Shown here piece by piece: positions 56,351-64,000 of a stretch of DNA of 64,000 bases. Position numbers and translations under genes: made by a program. Numbering within the stretch: the first letter of the stretch is position 1; the number at the start of each line of letters is the position of its first letter. The notes beneath the pieces were generated by a model. The model made no database searches, was not told the origin of the DNA, and saw only the letters and a program-made list of their open reading frames with translations. The DNA lies in NCBI RefSeq assembly GCF_036321535.1, contig NC_087450.1:45446001-45510000 (forward strand), given 5' to 3'. Source of the DNA: Camelus dromedarius. Taxonomy: Eukaryota.

Positions 56351-56754
56351 GGGAAAATATAGGAGGTGGGAGATAATAGCTCTTGCTTCTTCCTGCCTTC
56401 CCTCCAGCTCCTTCAGACCTGATCATAGCTGATTTTGCTTCAGGTAACTCTGAGATGGAGTGCTTTTGCCAAGGACCATACCTGAGCTGATCATTAATCA
56501 GTTCATTTTTTTCAGATCATTGGTTTAGTTCTACTCTGACAATATCCCCTTTGTTCTACCTCCTCTGTGTCACATGAATGGCTACAGAAAAGGCACTGTT
56601 TTTGGAAGAGAAACAGAACAGGCTTTCCATAGATGCAAAGGAGAGTATTCCATGGTGGAGATATATAGAAGGGTGGGGAGGAGCTTTATTTCTATCGTTC
56701 CTTAGAATGGTTTGGTAGCTCATCTGTTGGAACTTGGCATGTAGAGGCTAGAAG

Positions 56755-57085
56755 TCATTCACTTACTTATCCAGCAGCATTTCCTAAGCACTTTCTCTAC
56801 TTAAGCACCTAGCACAGTGCTAGGTGGAGCTAGAAGACACACCTGACTTGCTTGAGAGGAACTCAAAGTCTGTGTGGGAGACAAATGTGTAAACAGAAAA
56901 TTACAGTTCACTATCCCAAGTGTTCCAGAGGTTGGGGAGGAGGCAGCGGCTTTACATCCCTGAGCTCTGGGTGTTCAAAGAGCAGCCTAGCCATGGAAGT
57001 GGGCTTGGGAAGGTACTTAACAGGGTTTGAGGGAACAGTCAAAAGACTGGATCAAGGAGGATGGCTGGGTGTCTAGTGTGGGGGC
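56755..57085 (-). mobile_element. L2 3' fragment
   Basis: cattcacttacttatccagcagcatttcctaagcac...acagtgctaggt...gaggaactcaaagtct. Confidence 0.6.
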
Positions 57086-57123
57086 AAGAAGAAGAGTGAG
57101 CATACTGAAGCAGTTTGACCCAC

Positions 57124-57629
57124 TCTATTAGTTTCCTGTTGTTGCTGTAACAAATTGCCACAAACTTAGTGGTTTAAAACAACACACACTTATTATCTTC
57201 CAGTTCTGAAAGGCAGAAGTCTGTCAGGGTCTCACTGGGCTAAAATACCATATCTGCAGGGCAGTGGTCCTTCATGGAGGCTCTCAAGGAGAATATTTCC
57301 CTGTCTTTCCCAGCATCTAGAGGCTGACCGAATTCCTTCACTCATAGCTCCCTTCTGTCTTCAAAACCAGCAACAGCGGATCAAGTCCTCCTCACATTGC
57401 ATCACTCTGACCTCCTGCCCCACCCCCACGCCCATTTTATGGACCCTTGCAATTAAGTTGGGCCCACCTGGATAATCCAGGATACTCTCCCTATTTTCAG
57501 GTCAATTGATAAGCAACTTAATTCCGTCTGCTCCTTTATTCCCCTTTGCCAGCTAACCTAACATAGCCACAGGTTCCAGGGATTGTGATGTGGACATCTC
57601 TGGGCGGAGGCGTTATGCTGCCCACCACA
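57124..57629 (-). mobile_element. Solo MaLR LTR, MLT1D-like, full length
   Basis: Matches the recalled MLT1D consensus end to end (tattagtttcctgttgttgctgtaacaaatt ... ctgcccaccaca); 506 bp; 5-bp target-site duplication CCCAC at 57119-57123 and 57630-57634. Confidence 0.88.
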
Positions 57630-58891
57630 CCCACTTTACCAGCAGGGGTGAGGTCTCAGCTGGAAGATGAACATTGGGCAACGCAGAACAACTACCTTAT
57701 CCTTTTACTTTACCTGGAATAATGGAGGAAAAACCTTTTCAAATTAGGCACAGGAATTAAAAATCATAAAGGTAAACAAAAGCAGGCAAGGAACTTGGAG
57801 GAGAAAAATAGAAGAAGGCCAGAAGTCTCTGTATGTGGGGGTGAGAGTCAAACGGAGAAAGTGAAGTGAATGAGGAATGAACACACATGGTTTACTTATT
57901 TCAGGCTTATAACTGGAGTCATTGGAGAAATGGTGGCAGTCTGGAAGGAGGGTCATGGGGCAGGGCCACAGAAGAAACACAACTCCCATGGTATCTTGGT
58001 CACACTCAGGATGGCAAAGAAACATCTACCTGAAGCTAGAGGAACATTCTGGGGGTCACACCTCTATGGTATTAGGGGATGAGCCCTGAACGATGAATCA
58101 GGAGGACTGAATTCTAGTCCTGGTTTTTACCACCTCGAGTGAGCCATGTCACATGCAGGTCTCAGTCCCCTCATCAGTAAATGAGGAGCTGGTCTATATG
58201 GCAACCAAGGCTCTGTTTGAATGGGCCTGGTACCACATTGATTTCAGCACCCTCAGTCCCTGTTGGGCCTCCAGGACATTGGTTATGATGGTGCTTGGCC
58301 AGGGCGCCCACCAGGAACGCAGGCCTGTGTGAATGTGACAGAGTTCCCTGCTGCTGGTTCCCATTAGAGCCTGTTCTGTAGAAGGGACCCCTTGGACATT
58401 GCTGTCCTTCTGGCTTTGGTGCTTAGAGCTGCTTGCTCTTTGTAACCCACTCAGCTCTGTCACATGAGCCCTTGCCCCCATCTGGATCACTGTTGTGGAG
58501 TGTGTGAGCTTCGACAAGGGTGGGGGACAATATGCAGTCTTACCAGCCCAAAGGAGACTGAAACGCAGCACCTCTCAGTCAGGTCCCCCATTACCCCAGA
58601 GCTGCCCATCATCACGGCCATGGCCTTGAATTTCATTCCTCTTCAGGGACTGGGGGTCGGGGCCCCTGTGCCTTCTCTAAGAGGCCTGGCAGCAGTGTTG
58701 GGAGATGGGGACCAGGTCGGAGCTTGGCTCTGAGGTGAAGCCAGTGGTCGTTTCTGGGCCAGAGGGAGGACAGCAGTGGTGCTGAGCTCCACGGCCATCA
58801 CATCTGAAGAGGCGGCTGCTCGGGAGGAAAGCACTGAGACCAGGTTGTGGCTCAGTTGAGGGAGACATGGCATGGACTTTTACCACACAAG

Positions 58892-58905
58892 TTTATTTAA
58901 ATAAA
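58892..58905. terminator. MAPRE3 poly(A) signal within a palindromic two-way AATAAA
   Basis: TTTATTTAAATAAA: minus-strand AATAAA at 58892-58897, plus-strand AATAAA at 58900-58905. Confidence 0.75.
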
Positions 58906-59739
58906 AGTGAACACATATACAGGCTGGGTGGCCCGAGGGGCAGAGGTTGGGGAGGCGGGCAGAGAGGAGGCAGACGTACAGGAAGGTCCAGGCAGAGTCT
59001 GTGTGGTATGAACCAAGCTGCAGGGAGAGTGGCTGGGGGCCTCGGGGCAGTGCTGGGCTTCAGTGCTGGGGGCAGGGGCCAAGGGTGGGTGAGCCTGGTG
59101 CCAGGAGGTCGTTTTCATCCCTCGCACGCTCCCCTCCCTCTCCCTGACCACCAGGGCCTAAGGTACCCCCTCCTCAGTCCCCCATCCCTCTCCTGACATC
59201 ATCGGCCTTCCCCTCAACTACTGGGAAGTCAAAAGACAAAATAAATAAGAATCGGTGAGTCCTGCCATGGCCCTGGCAATGGGGAAGGGAAGCCAAGCCA
59301 GGCATGCTGCCCTGGAGCCCGTGCTGTCAGCCCTGGGAAAAGAACAGGTAAAGTGCAAGGAAAATCCAGTAAGTAAAAATATACCAATGACTTTGTCAAA
59401 TATACAGCTGCTGGCTGTCAGGGGAGCAGGCGGCTGGCTGGGGTGGGTGGCAGTGCCACCCTGGGAAGTGTTGGCTGACATAGCATAAAGACAACGGAAA
59501 TAAATAGGGGTGGGGAGTGGGCAGGGGTCCCGCCCACTGGGCCTGTGCCACAGGAGGAGGGGCCTCTGCCTGCTCACCTGCCCCGTCCCCCTAAGCCCTG
59601 CTTGCCAGGCTCCCGAAAGCTGCGGCACTGACACAAAGCACCCGGCCGACTGGCTGTCAGGAAAGGATTATAATGTGGGGGTGGGAGCGGGGTGGGGAGG
59701 CACGGAAAGCCGTGCAGTCAGCCAGGGCTGGAGCTGCCC

Positions 59740-59808
59740 TCAGTACTCGTCCTGGTCTTCCTGTTGGTGTTCCTCAATCTCATCGTCCTCAGGGGGTGCG
59801 AATCCTTC
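59740..59808 (-). CDS. MAPRE3: MAPRE3 exon 7 coding part
   Basis: [22 protein letters not shown] then TGA. Confidence 0.96.
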   Translation of the reverse strand, partial: EGFAPPEDDEIEEHQQEDQDEY

Positions 59809-62800
59809 CTGGAGGGTGGGAAGGGAGAGAAGTGGTGAGCCGGCCTGCAGGCTGAGGGTATGGACTCCTATAGGCAGCTTGGGGGCCAGGGTCTGAGTTC
59901 TAGTCCTGCTCCCCCTGCTCATGCTCTACGTGACCTCGGACTGGTGACTTCAGCTCGTTGCCCTCCTCAGCCCACGTTCTCCAAGGCTCCTTCCGGGCCC
60001 ACCCCTTCAGGTCTTGGGGCTGGGCGGGATGGGGGAAGCCCCAGCAGGTGCTGGCAGATCTCACCTCGGTGGCATAGAGAATGCCAATGATGCCCGAGAT
60101 GACAGGGCTGTTCTCACTTTCGTGTTCCTGGCAGATGAGCTCAATATCTCGAAGTTTGCTGAAGTAGAAGTCACGCTCCTTCTCCAGCCCGTCCACTGTC
60201 AGCTTCAAGTCCAATAGCTGCTCGGGGAGAAGGTGGCATTCAAACCAGAGCCCCCTCCCCCAGACTCCCTTCCCACCTGACGCCCCAGGGGCCTGGCTTT
60301 TGTGGCAGGGCTGTCTCAGCTGGCCTTGTTCACCCCACTCACCTGCTGGTTGAGTTCAAGAATCTGGGCATCAGTCTCATGGCCACCATTTCGGGCTGAT
60401 GGAGGATTCTTCCGGAGGATGCAGGGTGGAGCCACGTTGCTCAGCCGGCCAGAGGTCTGCGTATTTTTGGGGCCTGTGGGGGACGTCCTCTGTGGAACTG
60501 CCCAGAGGAGAAAAGTCAGATGGGGCCACACGAGCCCATAGTTCACATGACATGAGACAGCCTGGTGTGACTGCTGGGCAGGCCCATGCGAAAAGCAGGC
60601 ACTCTCGCCCTCCCCCTCTCCCGCTCAGGATGGGCATCTACATCTAGGCGCCAAGCCACGGCCACACGGGACACCACAGCAGCTGGGCAGCCCTCTGACA
60701 AGCCTGGGAGAGCAGGGACTAGGGAACTAAAGAAGTTGGAAGGTGTGGGGAGGGAGGAGAGCTGGCCTGATGGGGAGGTGAGGGAAACTGGGATGGCGAA
60801 TTTGGGGAGTGGGGCTGGAGGGTTGAGGACCCTCTTAGACTGATAGCTGGGGCCTGAGGAAAAGCAGCCGGCACAGGGTCTCAAGTCTGGCTCTCACTGA
60901 ATCCTTCCTCACAGAAGCCCCAGCCCACAGCCACCCTCCCTGTGGGTGACCTCAGAGTCTCAAGACTGGAGGAGACAACAGAAGCCTGGCCCTGCCCCTG
61001 TGGGCCCCCCGCCTCAGGACAGGCTCTGTACCCTCTGCTGGGCTGACTCCGGCCCCCAGCTCCTCCCCCGCACACCCAGCATGCTGTGGCCACTTGTTTT
61101 TTAGCTATGGCAGCTCCCAAGACAGAGCTTCTAATGCAAAGCAAGCAGGTGAGTGGGGGCAGGCCCAGGCAGGGCAGCAGCGCAAACAGAGGAGTCGCTC
61201 TGCTATGACGGGTTCAGATGCGGGCTGGGGCTGCTCCTCTCTCTTTATCTCGCCGACCCTCGTATCCCCCAAAGGCCCTGTTGCTTTTTCCCCCTCTCTT
61301 CCAGAACCCAGACAATGCCTGGTTTCTAGAGACTCAGCTCTCGAGGACTTTGGGCAGTGGGCTTTTGGAACGGTAGAAGATACGGTCAAGCTCGGTAAAC
61401 TCCCATCCCAGGCGTCCAGTGGGCAGGCGGCAGGAAGAGTCTGTAGTGCTGGCACCGGGCCCTTGGCCTGGATGGACCAGGATGGAGGAACCATGCCTCA
61501 TCATCCACGAGGCAAACAAGTTAGCTGGGGCCACAGAAGGAAGTGCCCTGGAGCCTCCCACCACCAGCTGCCACCTTGGCTGGTGCCGGTTGCTCTCCTG
61601 TAGCAATCTTTGGAGCCCTGTCCTCCCTACTGTGACTCCCCCAGGTCTAAGCGGGCAGCAGACGGCGTCATCTGAACTCCGTGATAACAGTCTCCTCTAG
61701 GCTGGCAGGGCCGGGCCGGTGGCCCTGGGGGCACTCCTGGCTGTAGAGCCCTGCCGGCCCGGCCCCCCATACTCCNNNNNNNNNNNNNNNNNNNNNNNNN
61801 NNNNNNNNNNNNNNNNNNNNNNNNNNNNNNNNNNNNNNNNNNNNNNNNNNNNNNNNNNNNNNNNNNNNNNNNNNNNNNNNNNNNNNNNNNNNNNNNNNNN
61901 NNNNNNNNNNNNNNNNNNNNNNNNNNNNNNNNNNNNNNNNNNNNNNNNNNNNNNNNNNNNNNNNNNNNNNNNNNNNNNNNNNNNNNNNNNNNNNNNNNNN
62001 NNNNNNNNNNNNNNNNNNNNNNNNNNNNNNNNNNNCCTGCTGCTGGAGGGCTGCCTTCCTCTGTGAGAGGGCCTCTGCTCTCAGGAAAGCCAGCCCCTGG
62101 GCTGCAGCATCCTCCACCTTCTCCACCTGGCCCCCCTCCCGTGGCACCAGAGCAGATGAGTAGGCTGCCAGGGCTGGCCCGGGGTCCAGAGACAGCCCTT
62201 TCCTCCAGGCACAGGAGGAAATGTGTGGGGAGACATCCCTTGGTGCTGCTGCCTGCATGGGGAGTGAGGGCTGCCGGAACCAGGGTCCTGGGCCATCGAG
62301 GCAGTAGAGTGAGCTGAGACTTTTCTCAGGCCCTACAGAGGAGGAACTTTATAGGAGTAGTATACCGAGCCTCAAGTGCTGGGGTGTAGGGTCCAGAGAG
62401 GAGGAAGGGACAGGAAGGTCATCAGGATGGGATGTCAAATGTTGTGGGGTTTGACCTGGGGGAACATTCCCTCTGGAGAGTCGGAGGGTGGAGAGGGGTG
62501 AGAGCTGGAATGACCCCAGCAGCCCTTCCTGCCCCAGCTGGCGGGCCGTCTTCTTCCCTGGGGTCACACAGCTTCTTGGGGCCCCTCAGAGCACAGGCAC
62601 CTACTTTGTCAACACCCATCTTCTTGAAAGCTGCTTGCAGCACCTTGAAGTTGTGGATGTATTCGTGCTCTAGCTTGGCCTGGAACTTCACCTTCCTCAA
62701 GTGCACGCAGCCGGGGAAGAGCATGTCCATGAACTGGCAGTAGGCTGCCCCTGCGGGGAAGCCCGGGCTGCTCGCTTTCACTTCCCCAGGCCCATGGGTG

Positions 62801-63520
62801 CCTACGCCTCTGAACTCCCCAGTCTCCTCTTGTCTCTCCTTGTTCCCAGGCCCAGGGCCAGTCCTACTTGCAGGACAGACACGGCCAGAATTCCCAGGAT
62901 GAGAGCGATTACTATGTATTGACACAGTTATGTACCAGCACTGTCTCAAACACTGCATGTATGTAATTTAATCCCAACTGCAACCCTGGCTAGATAGCTG
63001 ATGTCATCTCTATTTATGGGTGGGAAAACTGAGGCCCAGAGAGGTGGAGTGACTTGCCTAGGGTTGCACTACAAGAAGAGCTGCAGTTGGGACCCCCAGC
63101 AGCTACACTGGACCTCAAGTGCTGATAACCTCTAGCTTCACCGCCTGCCCCCACTGCCCCACCCCTCCCGCAGCCCTTCACTGCGACTCTCCTGCTTTTC
63201 ACTTCTGAATCTTTTCATTCTACGGAGACCCCTATTTATCTCCTTACTTCAACTGCAAACACTTTGACTAGTTGAGGGCTCTGCAGCTCTCCTCCTTAAT
63301 GCTAATTACCAGCTACATTCTCTGCTGTGGGTGTTCTGCCTCCCGCCTTCCCTCTCTTGCCCTCCAGCAGGGCCCACTTCCCGCATCCCAGCCTCCTACC
63401 TGAGCAGAGCTGTTCTATCTTGGTATAGTTGAGGTGCAGAGAGTCATTGACCCATGCAAGCATATCATGGCGACTCAGATTCTCACTGGTCACAGACGTG
63501 GAGTACACATTGACGGCCAT
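59740..63520 (-). CDS. MAPRE3: Microtubule end-binding protein EB3
   Basis: CH domain [25 protein letters not shown]..., EBH domain [23 protein letters not shown], acidic tail ...QDEY*. Exon 4 is not visible and fits N gap 61776-62035. Confidence 0.97.
60065..60217 (-). CDS. MAPRE3: MAPRE3 exon 6
   Basis: [51 protein letters not shown]. Confidence 0.96.
60343..60497 (-). CDS. MAPRE3: MAPRE3 exon 5
   Basis: [52 protein letters not shown]. Confidence 0.95.
61776..62035. other. N gap (260 nt) at the expected position of MAPRE3 exon 4
   Basis: Run of N. Confidence 1.
62605..62750 (-). CDS. MAPRE3: MAPRE3 exon 3
   Basis: [48 protein letters not shown]. Confidence 0.96.
62910..63110 (-). mobile_element. 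MIR
   Basis: ggaaaactgaggcccagagaggtggagtgacttgcctaggg. Confidence 0.7.
63400..63520 (-). CDS. MAPRE3: MAPRE3 exon 2 coding part (exon starts at 63527)
   Basis: MAVNVYS...IEQLCS; G|gtagga. Confidence 0.96.
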
Positions 63521-63900
63521 ACCCCAGCTGCCAAGAAAGAAGAAAGGCAAGGTCAGCCCTTGTGCTGTTCTTTAGTTGCAAGGGGAGAAAGAGTTGTATG
63601 TTCCCTTGGAGAGTGAGAAGCATCTTTCCCCCAACCAGCAGTTTACCTCCTGGAGAAGGGGTACTTATTCACCCTTTACACGTTTGGTGAGTGTCTACTA
63701 TATGCTAGGCATGTGATAAGAACTGGTGAGGTCAGATGTGTCTCTGCCTCCGCGGAGTTTAGGGACAAGCAAATCTGCTGTGGGGCAGGAAAAGCAGCAG
63801 GGGCTGAGTTCAGGGATGGCACCAAGAAGGGAGTGATCTCTCCTGCTTGACGGAGTCTGCGAAGGCTTCAGAGCAGCTGGAAAGGAGTAGGAATTCCCTG

Positions 63901-63940
63901 AACATACAAGGGGGTGGGGTGACATACAAGGGGGTGGGGT
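63901..63940. repeat. 20-bp-period tandem duplication
   Basis: (A/G)ACATACAAGGGGGTGGGGT x2. Confidence 0.9.
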
Positions 63941-64000
63941 AAGGGGTCCTTGCAGGCCACAGGACGAGCAAGAACAAAGGCATGGCTCATTCTGGACTCT

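Noticed and set aside
61334-61606. Minus-strand 90-aa ORF in MAPRE3 intron 4 (...[14 protein letters not shown]...)
   Set aside because: No convincing minus-strand splice pair links it to MAPRE3, and it is not the EB3 long-isoform insert; kept only as context for the antisense candidate.

Overview
Mammalian (eutherian) genomic DNA, syntenic with human 2p23.3 but in reverse orientation. Left to right: KHK (minus strand; exons 1, 2, 3A and 3C only, exons 4 onward lie left of the window), EMILIN1 (minus, complete, 8 exons, 1017 aa), OST4 (plus, 37-aa microprotein), AGBL5/CCP5 (minus, 14 coding exons, about 885 aa), tRNA-Ala(AGC) and intron-containing tRNA-Tyr(GTA) (both minus), TMEM214 (minus, 17 exons) and MAPRE3/EB3 (minus, coding exons 2-7; exon 1 is right of the window). 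I placed exon boundaries by hand from splice signals and reading-frame continuity. Seven short N gaps hide most of AGBL5 exon 3, most of the TMEM214 exon 17 coding part, MAPRE3 exon 4 and the start of OST4 exon 3. Recognisable repeats are all ancient (MIR, L2, L1M, MER20, MLT1D). I saw no Alu, B1/B2 or other young SINE, so the species is probably neither primate nor rodent, but I cannot name it. I found no evidence for a new multi-gene system. The best leads are regulatory or isoform-level: three alternative AGBL5 C-termini including a dual-coding exon, an in-frame upstream ATG in KHK, a GC-AG intron with a competing GT donor in TMEM214, overlapping AGBL5/OST4 3' ends, a palindromic two-way poly(A) signal, and a speculative spliced antisense ORF inside MAPRE3 intron 4. 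Comparisons with human or mouse are from memory and need checking.
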